From: a virus
Strand: one strand, 5' to 3'
Length of the DNA stretch: 64,000 bases
IMG/VR virus record: IMGVR_UViG_3300001683_000016
Span: 51,555 to 115,554 of that record
Of the stretch, positions 28,372 to 36,970 are shown piece by piece. The notes under the pieces are model-generated. The model was given only the letters and a program-made list of their open reading frames with translations. It was not told the origin of the DNA and did not search any database. The translations under genes were made by a program, and so were the position numbers. Numbering within the stretch: position 1 is the stretch's first letter; every line of letters begins with the position of its first letter.

Positions 28372-28671
28372 ATGTCAGGATTCGAGTTACAAACGCTTGA
28401 TATTGACGACATAAGCAGAGCACAGAAACAAACAGTTCGCGCAGATATTACATACGACGCTCATACAGTGAATACAGACTCGCCTTTGAGTGGTATCATT
28501 ACTAAACAGAGGACAAGAACGAGTGAACTCGCTGATGTACTCGATATAGGAGCGGGTACACGGTGTACTCATTGTGGAATGTTACATTTTCTATGGAGAG
28601 CAACATGCGGTGCTTGCGACAAACCTATGGACTATAATCTCGGTACACGTAACGAGGAGGCGAGGTTGTGA
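28372..28671 (+). CDS. Zinc-ribbon protein
   Basis: CTHCG...CGAC. Confidence 0.6.
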   Translation: MSGFELQTLDIDDISRAQKQTVRADITYDAHTVNTDSPLSGIITKQRTRTSELADVLDIGAGTRCTHCGMLHFLWRATCGACDKPMDYNLGTRNEEARL

Positions 28672-28709
28672 GTGCATTCAACAAGGCTTGGGCTGTGGAG
28701 GGTAACTGA
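28668..28709 (+). pseudogene. 13-codon remnant consisting almost only of the AFxKAW tag
   Basis: gtg agt gca ttc aac aag gct tgg gct gtg gag ggt aac tga = MSAFNKAWAVEGN; overlaps both neighbouring start/stop codons. Confidence 0.6.
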
Positions 28710-30517
28710 TGCCACAAGTATTCAGTCCGGGTGAAGGCGAGACAAGACCTCTTGACCCAACAGCAGTCGTTTATACCACAGCACAGAAAGTTGCTGATTT
28801 ATTAGACATAGGCCCACAAGAAGCGGTGGTTGCCTCATATAATAGCGATAATAACGGCGTGTATGTTACTGGTGCTGATTATAGAAATATTGGATTCTCT
28901 TCAGGAGACGTTATACTTGTTTATTCAGATGCAGACCCAATGGGATTTGAAAAAGAAATTGGCGCACCTACAACAAGCATCAATGGTGTAAAATTACCTT
29001 TTGCTAGTGGTACTGTTACCGCATCAGATTATCAAACTGCTGATAACACTTACATTCAGAATCAAGCCTCTTTCTCTAATGGTAGAACACGAGGTGTTAC
29101 GAAAAGTAAGGTTGAGGGTATTATACTTCGTATGCAAGACCACATAGACAATAGAACCCATAATGCTTGGAGACCTTATCTTGTGCAAGCAGAATACATT
29201 AATTTCGATACATACAAGCCGTATAGACGTAGATACTACACAGATTATGTAGGTACAGCGCCTCTATTATTTAGAAATGTACAACAAATATTACGTCTTG
29301 AACTATGGCAGGGAGACGATTATAGAGAAATAGCAGCGGCAGAAGTGCGTTTACAAATTCCTGAAACGGTACAAGGAGTCACAGGCTCTATTGTTCTATC
29401 ACCGGGTAACGGTACAGCAGCGACATTAACAATAGGTACAGGTACTAATCAATGGAGGTCTGCTTTTGATAAGACTACAACTGCACAAAACCTTGCTGAT
29501 TTAATTAATAAAGAAGATAGAGTAAGTAAAACATCTGTGGAGTTCTCGCCCGCTTTCAAATTAGAAGGTGATGCTGTGAACAATGTAGGAGTACATAATG
29601 AGTTTTTAGCATCTGCAAATTCAGATTATGGTACAGGGACATTAAAAATTACAAGTATGAGAGATACAAAAGGTGGAGAGACTTGTAGTATTGTCTCAAC
29701 AATTCCCGGTGTAGGAATAAGTCAAACAGGGTCAGCATCAACAACGTTTTCTAGTTTAAATGGTACTACTATTACAGTAACTAGTACAGGTACTACTGAT
29801 GGTAGTGTTACATCTTTTAGTACAATAGTTGGAGGTAGTGGGTATACTGCTGCTAATAACGTTACTACAAGCGGTGGTACAGGTTCAGGTCTTACTGTAA
29901 ATACTACTGTAAATAGTGGTAGTGTTGAAAGTATAGTGATTGATTCACCGGGTACAGATTATGCTAATGGAGACGTAATTACAATAAATGGAGGTACTGC
30001 AACATTTACGGTGTCTGCTGTTTCTTCCAACGGTTTTGTAGATGCTGGTGTAGTTATAGATAGTAGTGGAGATGTATTCAGTTATACTGGTAAAACAGCC
30101 ACTACATTTACAGGATGTACAGCGGTACTAGGTTCTTTAAGCGCTATTACAGGCACTCTTACTCAACATAAATTAATTATAGATTTACACGGCGGTAGTT
30201 CTAGTGGAGATAAAGGTCGTTTGCGCGATTGGTGGATGGATTCGGAAATGGGTATTATTTACTTTAACAACTCATATCCTTTCTTTGAATGGAACGCAAT
30301 CAAAACATCTTACATTTATGGCGAGAGGTATGTAGACAAGGCTATTGAAGATATATGCACTAAAATGGTAGCCATTGACTTACTCTTAAGTGATGATAGA
30401 AGTGTACTCATACCTGAAGGTACACAGAATGTAGACATATCGTCTAAGATTCAACTTTACAAAATGGATATAGAAAAGACATTCCCGCGTTATATAGAGG
30501 TGGTTGCCTTTGAGTGA
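28709..30517 (+). CDS. Head-tail adaptor/neck protein with inserted beta-rich modules
   Basis: Adaptor-like ends (YTTAQKVADLL; YIYG...AIEDICTKMVAIDLL); central T/G/S-rich insert. Confidence 0.6.
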   Translation: MPQVFSPGEGETRPLDPTAVVYTTAQKVADLLDIGPQEAVVASYNSDNNGVYVTGADYRNIGFSSGDVILVYSDADPMGFEKEIGAPTTSINGVKLPFASGTVTASDYQTADNTYIQNQASFSNGRTRGVTKSKVEGIILRMQDHIDNRTHNAWRPYLVQAEYINFDTYKPYRRRYYTDYVGTAPLLFRNVQQILRLELWQGDDYREIAAAEVRLQIPETVQGVTGSIVLSPGNGTAATLTIGTGTNQWRSAFDKTTTAQNLADLINKEDRVSKTSVEFSPAFKLEGDAVNNVGVHNEFLASANSDYGTGTLKITSMRDTKGGETCSIVSTIPGVGISQTGSASTTFSSLNGTTITVTSTGTTDGSVTSFSTIVGGSGYTAANNVTTSGGTGSGLTVNTTVNSGSVESIVIDSPGTDYANGDVITINGGTATFTVSAVSSNGFVDAGVVIDSSGDVFSYTGKTATTFTGCTAVLGSLSAITGTLTQHKLIIDLHGGSSSGDKGRLRDWWMDSEMGIIYFNNSYPFFEWNAIKTSYIYGERYVDKAIEDICTKMVAIDLLLSDDRSVLIPEGTQNVDISSKIQLYKMDIEKTFPRYIEVVAFE

Positions 30518-30842
30518 TACAGAAAAAATAGTCTACGATGAGTGGAAGAAAACTATAACTGCTGAATTAAGTAATAAAGAGTATCAAGCAGATTTACAAA
30601 AGGCAGTCACAGAAGGTCCGGCTGAATATAGAGAGGCTGTAGAACGTTCTGAAAGAGGAGAAGAATCCAAAAACATGAGCATTGAGCAAGAATCTGCGAT
30701 GAAAGATAGAGTCAATAGACGAATGATGACGGAATCTCCCGGTCTTATGGAACATAAACTCAAGAATGATGGTGGTAAATTAGTACCTGATTTCAAAGCC
30801 CATGAGCGAGAAAAACGTAAGAAGGAGTTTGCTAAATGGTAG
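30504..30842 (+). CDS. Hypothetical charged protein
   Basis: 112-aa ORF in the neck cluster. Confidence 0.5.
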   Translation: MPLSDTEKIVYDEWKKTITAELSNKEYQADLQKAVTEGPAEYREAVERSERGEESKNMSIEQESAMKDRVNRRMMTESPGLMEHKLKNDGGKLVPDFKAHEREKRKKEFAKW

Positions 30843-31285
30843 CGACATTCGATGAAGGTATTGATGTAGTACTTGATGTACTCAAAAATAACTGGACTAG
30901 AGGTAACACTAACAATTACAAACCTGTGATTATTGATATAGCAGATGAAAGTCCTGAGCGTGGAAAAAGACTTGACCTTGATAGAACAGATTATGTAATG
31001 GTATTTGAAACAGCACATAACGAAGAGTTACCTGAAATGCTTTATGATTTTGTCACTACAAGAATCAACATTACAGTAGATATGCGTACCACTAGAAGTC
31101 GTGACCAACTAAAAAAGATGGAGAACGAACTTAGAAGGTGTGTGCATCTAAAAAGAAAGGGTGATGGTGTGAATTTTGACAGACTTGTTTATAAAACCCG
31201 TACCGATTTATCAGATAGAAGCAAAAAACTGTATAGAATGACCTTTCAGATAGAAGTTGTTATCTTTGCAGAACTAATCCCATGA
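30836..31285 (+). CDS. Putative tail terminator/completion protein
   Basis: 149 aa directly before the tail tube gene; alpha/beta pattern (INITVDMRT; YRMTFQIEV). Confidence 0.55.
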   Translation: MVATFDEGIDVVLDVLKNNWTRGNTNNYKPVIIDIADESPERGKRLDLDRTDYVMVFETAHNEELPEMLYDFVTTRINITVDMRTTRSRDQLKKMENELRRCVHLKRKGDGVNFDRLVYKTRTDLSDRSKKLYRMTFQIEVVIFAELIP

Positions 31286-31299
31286 GGTGAGAGAGAGCC

Positions 31300-33600
31300 A
31301 TGCCATCGACAGTATACAAGGGTGATTTGTCCGAAATAACCTTCGGACACGAAACAGGAGTAAGATTAGAACACGGATATGCTGGCTCATTTAAGTTCAC
31401 AGCATCCTTTGACCCGAATGACCCTGCACCCGCCAATGCCCCACACCAAGACTTAGTGAAAGACACTAGTGTAATCGTGTTGAGTGGTGGAACTGAAGAT
31501 AGCCCTGTGTTTAGTGGAGTATTGGAATATCCAAACGGAATGTTAGTTGGTAGCAAAGTCATTTTCACAATAGCATCGTCTAGCCCTAATTGGAGTACAG
31601 ATGACGATTACGCAGTATCAGGTAGAATGTATACTATAATCAAACAGGAAGTCTCAGATGATACGACCGGCCAAAATAACAACAAGACTGAGATTACGGT
31701 AACACCTGCATTAAAGACAGACCATACAACAGCAGACAAAGATTCTAAGGCTAATGATGTAATGACTATCTTACCTTTTACAACACCTGCAATTGATGTG
31801 GGTATGGAACACGCTGATGCAGCAAACGCATCTGCTGAGAGTGTATTGACTGACCAATTCGTTGGACTGGTAAGCACCGTTGCTCTACCTGAGACTAAAG
31901 TAGACCTCAAGAGATACCATGTCGTAGGACTTGGTAGAGATATAGCAGTACAAGTACCGGGCAGATTTACTAATACCGGTGGCTCGTTCGAGTGTAACAT
32001 ACACAATGGTCGCTGGTTCTATTATTGTCTAGGCCACGAAGTTGTAAGTGCACCGGAAGTTAGACAAGATGGGCATGGAAGTGATACATTCAAACTAGTT
32101 GGAACGCATTATTCAGGAGATTCTTATATTAATTTTGACGGTACGTTAGCAAACGGTAATGCGGGGAGCACTAATCCAGCAATTAATTCTGTGAATGTAG
32201 GCGTAGGCGACTACATTTTCTTACTCGGCGGTGACAATACAGAAGGTGTTGACAAAGTAGATGTGCAGAGTTACAGAGATACAAATGTAAATGCGGAAGT
32301 TTTTACAAACGCTACTTGCGTTACTACTAACACAGATGCTAGTATTACAATAGATAGTACTGCTAAGTTGATTGTCGGAATGTCTGTTTCCGGTACTGGT
32401 ATACCTACTGGCGCTACTGTATCTAGTGTGAGTAATGCAACTAGTTTTGAGTTAAGCGCAAATGCTACTGCCTCTAACAACCCTATCACTCTAACTTTTG
32501 ACCCAAGAGATATTTCTGCATGGCCGAATGTAAATGCTACACAGATAATTGACAAGGCTATGAAAGAAGAAGCAAGAAGAATAGTAGCCATTACTGTAAC
32601 TGGTGGGGTCGGTAAAGTTTGGTTAGATGACCCTCTACAATTCTCGTATGAAGATAATACAGTAGTAGAGTTTGCTAGATATGCAGCAGACGATAGTAAC
32701 GGTAGTCCACATAGAAACACAACCACAGGGGCAATCACTAAACCAGTCAGTCATTTATTCTTCTCTCGTACAACTATTCCTTCATTTGCCATGGAAGTTA
32801 GCATTAGAAGAAGAGACATAGACAGTAACGATGGTGCTACCGATGGCGGTACAGGAGATTCAAAACAACTAACACGTGTCTTTAGAGGTTGCAAGGTGAA
32901 AGATTGGGCGCTTACCACAGACACAGACGCTGCTCTAAGATTGACAGCAAATTTTGATTCGGCTCTATGTTACACGGATACAGGAAGATTAGAAGCAAGT
33001 AACAAGGGAGACCGATATAACACTCACAGACTTTTCGAGGATACTGCTAATACAGAAGTAAAGAGAAAGATTTCAGGTATTGGTAAAGGGACTCAGAAAC
33101 CATTTATGTTTTACAACGGTTCTATATCTATGTTAGGTACAACATTGGGTCAAGTTGTCTCATTCACATTAAACGGTAAGACTGGTGTAGAGCAGTACTA
33201 TACTATTGGTGCGGCTAACATAGCAAATAGTGCTACCGACCAAGTGCCATTTGCTGGTACACGTAACCCTACACTAGCAGTAGAGGGTAAAACAGAGTAT
33301 GACCTTGAAATGGAGATAATCGTAGACGACCCATTATTCTACCATAACATGCGTAGAGCAGTTGAAAACTTTGATGAAACAGACGAGACTGAACAGACAG
33401 ATGCTGACATGATACGTTTATCTTTCACAAAACAAGTATCTAGCGGTACGGCAGAATCTATTGACATACTAATGGATGATTATTACATCGTTGAAGCACC
33501 ACTACCCGTACCTGAGGATAAAGGACCATTGAGGGCAAAACTAAAGATTCTACCTAAATCAGTCAAGGTTATTGCTGTTGATACAGTTATACACGCTTGA
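31300..33600 (+). CDS. Major tail (tube) protein with large insertions
   Basis: YKGDLSEITFGHE start; RVFRGCKVKDWAL and EGKTEYDLEMEI tube-like strands; followed by chaperone and tape measure genes. Confidence 0.7.
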   Translation: MPSTVYKGDLSEITFGHETGVRLEHGYAGSFKFTASFDPNDPAPANAPHQDLVKDTSVIVLSGGTEDSPVFSGVLEYPNGMLVGSKVIFTIASSSPNWSTDDDYAVSGRMYTIIKQEVSDDTTGQNNNKTEITVTPALKTDHTTADKDSKANDVMTILPFTTPAIDVGMEHADAANASAESVLTDQFVGLVSTVALPETKVDLKRYHVVGLGRDIAVQVPGRFTNTGGSFECNIHNGRWFYYCLGHEVVSAPEVRQDGHGSDTFKLVGTHYSGDSYINFDGTLANGNAGSTNPAINSVNVGVGDYIFLLGGDNTEGVDKVDVQSYRDTNVNAEVFTNATCVTTNTDASITIDSTAKLIVGMSVSGTGIPTGATVSSVSNATSFELSANATASNNPITLTFDPRDISAWPNVNATQIIDKAMKEEARRIVAITVTGGVGKVWLDDPLQFSYEDNTVVEFARYAADDSNGSPHRNTTTGAITKPVSHLFFSRTTIPSFAMEVSIRRRDIDSNDGATDGGTGDSKQLTRVFRGCKVKDWALTTDTDAALRLTANFDSALCYTDTGRLEASNKGDRYNTHRLFEDTANTEVKRKISGIGKGTQKPFMFYNGSISMLGTTLGQVVSFTLNGKTGVEQYYTIGAANIANSATDQVPFAGTRNPTLAVEGKTEYDLEMEIIVDDPLFYHNMRRAVENFDETDETEQTDADMIRLSFTKQVSSGTAESIDILMDDYYIVEAPLPVPEDKGPLRAKLKILPKSVKVIAVDTVIHA

Positions 33601-33609
33601 GGTGAAATA

Positions 33610-34383
33610 GTGTTACCAACTGCTGTTAAAAGAGTTCAATTCTACTCACGCAATTCTCATGAAAAATATGTCTATTGGCTAATTGATATTGTCAAAGTAC
33701 CATACGATGAGGCTTTGTTAAAGACTAATTCTAGAAATGTCGTAGATGCGATGGTTGTTAAAATGATACACGAGGGTAAAACCATTACAGAGACTACTGT
33801 ACTAGCGCCCATAATTCGAGAAATAGAAGATGTTACAGAAGATACTGTAGTAGAACCTATAGTAGAACCTATACTAGAAGAAATAGAAGAGCAGATAGAG
33901 CAGATAGAGCCGTCATGGGTTGAATCCGCTAGAGACGCAATAGGTGATGCGGTAGACGGTGTTGTAGATGAAATACAAGAGAAGGTAGAAGATGCTATTG
34001 ATATTGTTGAAAATGTTATTGAAGATACAGTAGGATTTACTTTTGATAAACCTGCTGAAGTTACTGAGGAAATGATGATAGTCCCCGAAGAGGAGAATCC
34101 ATTTGGTGGTGAGGTTGATTATAATTCTTACACCATAAGAGAACTCCAAAAAGAATGTAAGGCAAGAGGAATTACTATTCGTGGCACTAAATCAGAGGTA
34201 GTGTTAAGGCTACGACACGATGACATAGGTATTGTCGAGCGACCGACACAAGGTGTGACAGATGCCCCCTCGCAAGAGGCTGCTGACGTAACGCCGGATG
34301 CCCCCTCGCAAGAGGCTGCGACCGAGGAAGTGACAACAAATGACGATAGTAGACAAACAGAACTTACTGACGAAGAAGAGTGA
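33610..34383 (+). CDS. Acidic protein with SAP/HeH-like domain
   Basis: YNSYTIRELQKECKARGITIRGTKSEVVLRL. Confidence 0.7.
   Translation: MLPTAVKRVQFYSRNSHEKYVYWLIDIVKVPYDEALLKTNSRNVVDAMVVKMIHEGKTITETTVLAPIIREIEDVTEDTVVEPIVEPILEEIEEQIEQIEPSWVESARDAIGDAVDGVVDEIQEKVEDAIDIVENVIEDTVGFTFDKPAEVTEEMMIVPEEENPFGGEVDYNSYTIRELQKECKARGITIRGTKSEVVLRLRHDDIGIVERPTQGVTDAPSQEAADVTPDAPSQEAATEEVTTNDDSRQTELTDEEE
34261..34319 (+). repeat. 23-nt direct repeat x2, each with a cctc-GCAA-gagg hairpin
   Basis: gatgccccctcgcaagaggctgc at 34261 and 34297. Confidence 0.85.
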
Positions 34384-34702
34384 ACAAAGGCACGAAATCC
34401 GTGTAGACAAAGAAAATCCTGATTTAATGATGGAAGTATGGGTTAGAGAATTAACTTTCTTTGACGTACAAAAAGCCGCACAAAGTATGTTTCAGATGGA
34501 TGGCGATGACATATCGCTGAATCTAGAAGGATACTGGCGTTACGCATTTTCAAATTGGGTAGTTAGAACTAACCCTGAATTAACCGTAGATGATATGATG
34601 AACCTAAATGCATATGTCGGTCAACAAATTGCCTCTCTATTACCAAAGCCCGATGAACTGGCGGAGGCAATGCAGGGGGGTTTTACGAAAGCGAACAACT
34701 GA
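34340..34702 (+). CDS. Tail assembly chaperone (gpG-like)
   Basis: 120 aa between tube and tape measure; ends in a slippery site. Confidence 0.75.
   Translation: MTIVDKQNLLTKKSEQRHEIRVDKENPDLMMEVWVRELTFFDVQKAAQSMFQMDGDDISLNLEGYWRYAFSNWVVRTNPELTVDDMMNLNAYVGQQIASLLPKPDELAEAMQGGFTKANN
34678..34684 (+). other. -1 programmed ribosomal frameshift heptamer G GGT TTT
   Basis: X XXY YYZ in the correct phase; the -1 frame is open (GFYESEQLRV...) and joins ORF 34756..34977. Confidence 0.85.
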
Positions 34703-34977
34703 GAGTTCGGCAATTTCTAAAGAAAAAGGTAATAAAAAATCCTGATGATTTAGAAATGCAGATGCAGTTGTTCGCCTACATCGTAGCGAAACATTACAGC
34801 ATATCGCTGTCTGAGGTATACCATATGAGTGAAGGCGTGTTCAAACAATCCCTATCTTGGGCATTGGCTATTAATGAAGAAGAGCGTCTCGCAGAGAAGA
34901 AGCAAGACCTCGAAAATAGAACCGATAGTAGCGATGTTGTAGACTTCGATTATACATTTTTAGAAGGAGAGGATTGA
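34684..34977 (+). CDS. Frameshift extension of the tail chaperone (gpGT-like)
   Basis: Open -1 frame from the slippery site to the stop at 34977; includes the 73-aa track ORF. Confidence 0.75.
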   Translation, partial: YESEQLRVRQFLKKKVIKNPDDLEMQMQLFAYIVAKHYSISLSEVYHMSEGVFKQSLSWALAINEEERLAEKKQDLENRTDSSDVVDFDYTFLEGED

Positions 34978-35831
34978 TTATGGCTCTAGGTGCATTACTC
35001 AATTCTTTGGCTTCTATGACTAGTTCTCTAAGCAGTATAGGTAACATAATGAGTTCATTAGGTAGCGCCGCATCTAAGATAGGTGAGGCTTTAGGTAAAG
35101 CCTTTAGTTTTGCAAAAAAGAAAGCAAAACAAGTATTTGATGAAATTAAAGATGCATTTGAGTCTTTGACGGTTGTATTAAAGTTGGTGTGGAATGCTAC
35201 TGTGATACCTATGTGGAGTTTGATGAAAACTGCTATGATGTTTTGGGTTAACTTATTTTCAGGTGAGTGGGGCAAAGCCCTAGATAATGTCAAAACGATA
35301 TGGGGCGCTACATTTGGTAAATTATGGAGTGGGTTAAAATCTGCCGCAGGTAAAGCATTAGGGGGCATCAAGACTTTATGGGGTGTTATAGTTGGTACTA
35401 TGGGTACTATATTCGATGCTACTATTGGAAATGCATTTGATAAATTAAAATCAGCAGCACAAGGTGTATTTGATACAATAGGTAGTGCATGGGATACTGT
35501 CACATCTGTTATGTCTACCATATATGATAAAACATTAGGTAGAATATTTGATGCAATAGGTGGTGCACTCAAAGGTATATTTAACTTCGGTAAATCGGTA
35601 GTAGGTGGTGTAGCAGACCTAGGTAGTGGTGCTATAAATGCCGTTACAGGTGGTAGTGGAGATAGTGATTCACCTTCTTCGGGTGGCAACACGTTCAATA
35701 TGACATTCAATTTAAGTGGTCTTACAGACCGTACAGATAAAAGAGAATTGGCGAGAGAAATAAGTGATTTGATACAACAAGAATTGTCACGTAGTTCAGG
35801 CGGCGGTGGAAGAATTGGAAGGGGATACTGA
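34974..35831 (+). CDS. Short tape measure protein
   Basis: Follows G/GT; Ala/Gly-rich amphipathic helices with periodic W/F; C-terminal NTFNMTFNL...ELAREI. Confidence 0.7.
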   Translation: MIMALGALLNSLASMTSSLSSIGNIMSSLGSAASKIGEALGKAFSFAKKKAKQVFDEIKDAFESLTVVLKLVWNATVIPMWSLMKTAMMFWVNLFSGEWGKALDNVKTIWGATFGKLWSGLKSAAGKALGGIKTLWGVIVGTMGTIFDATIGNAFDKLKSAAQGVFDTIGSAWDTVTSVMSTIYDKTLGRIFDAIGGALKGIFNFGKSVVGGVADLGSGAINAVTGGSGDSDSPSSGGNTFNMTFNLSGLTDRTDKRELAREISDLIQQELSRSSGGGGRIGRGY

Positions 35832-36958
35832 TGGCTGCTGGTATACCGATTAGATTAGTTCAGGAAAATCACAACACAATAGAATTAGACGCAACGTCTA
35901 TGACTCTTTCTACTTCTAGAAAAGTGGGTGGTTCTGCTTTACCACTTACAGGAAGTAGACGTATAGGTATGGACTTAAACGTAAATAAAGCCATGATAAA
36001 TATTCAAGGTATTATTGCAGATGATAGAGAAGGAACATTAGCCACTGCCCATACCGCTTCAATTAACTTTGGTAGAAAAATAGAAGGGCAGCAATTTACC
36101 ATGGCTTCTAATTTAGAGGCTTTACTTAATCAAGAGTTACGATTACAGACTTTAAGCACTGCGACAAGTAATCAAGAAAAAACAATAACTTTCACTAATA
36201 CCGCTTCTGCTGGCGCAACTGCCTATTCATCTAATGGTGGCGCAGGTAGCACCCCTACTGTACTTGTCAACACAAGTGACGCTACATCAGTTCAATTAGC
36301 AACAGCAGTTGTAAATTATATTAATAATCAACTAAGTTCTGATTTTACTGCCACACTAGTCGAAGGTACTAATTATGAATCTAAATCAATAAATTGTGTA
36401 GTGAACATTGTAATGGTTGCTAAAGGTAGTGTTACCGCTATGAGAAGAACAACGCCTAAGTTTAAGCAAATAGAGAATCCAGTTAATGCAGTTATTTTTG
36501 AGCCTCCGAGAGTGTCACCGAGGTTTGGCGGAGGTACGGATAGTGTAAAGAAATCTGCTGGTGATAAGGCTATGGATTTGTATGGAATTATTAACAACAG
36601 TACAAGACGTACATTCAGAAGTGCTAATCCTATAGATTTGTATGGTACACGCAGATTACCTGACCATGTGAAAGATTACATTATAGGTATTCAAATACCT
36701 TACAATTCTTCAATTAAAGCAACGGGTGGAGAGCAATATGTTGCAAGAAACTTCTTTATGCCCACTGGATTTTATTACGGTAAAGAAAAAACATCGGAAG
36801 GTAATGACCATCCGGCAAGTGTGACGTTTGACCCCTCAGAAGAAACAACTGGGATACAAGGCTCAGTTCAAAAGTTTGATATTACATATGACGCTGGAGA
36901 GTCTGTTTATAATTTTAATATGATATTTGCACCAATAGATAACTTAATAATAGGTTGA
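35831..36958 (+). CDS. Putative distal tail/baseplate protein
   Basis: After the tape measure; C-terminal IQGSVQKFDITYDAGESVYNFNMIF. Confidence 0.55.
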   Translation: MAAGIPIRLVQENHNTIELDATSMTLSTSRKVGGSALPLTGSRRIGMDLNVNKAMINIQGIIADDREGTLATAHTASINFGRKIEGQQFTMASNLEALLNQELRLQTLSTATSNQEKTITFTNTASAGATAYSSNGGAGSTPTVLVNTSDATSVQLATAVVNYINNQLSSDFTATLVEGTNYESKSINCVVNIVMVAKGSVTAMRRTTPKFKQIENPVNAVIFEPPRVSPRFGGGTDSVKKSAGDKAMDLYGIINNSTRRTFRSANPIDLYGTRRLPDHVKDYIIGIQIPYNSSIKATGGEQYVARNFFMPTGFYYGKEKTSEGNDHPASVTFDPSEETTGIQGSVQKFDITYDAGESVYNFNMIFAPIDNLIIG

Positions 36959-36970
36959 GGGGGGAATTAA

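Noticed and set aside
31300-33600. Contractile tail sheath
   Set aside because: The size fits, but the motifs are tube-like, no separate tube gene follows, and the extra length is explained by insertions
34871-35710. 279-aa minus-strand ORF
   Set aside because: Antisense shadow of the tape measure gene; no RBS or motif; all credible genes are on +
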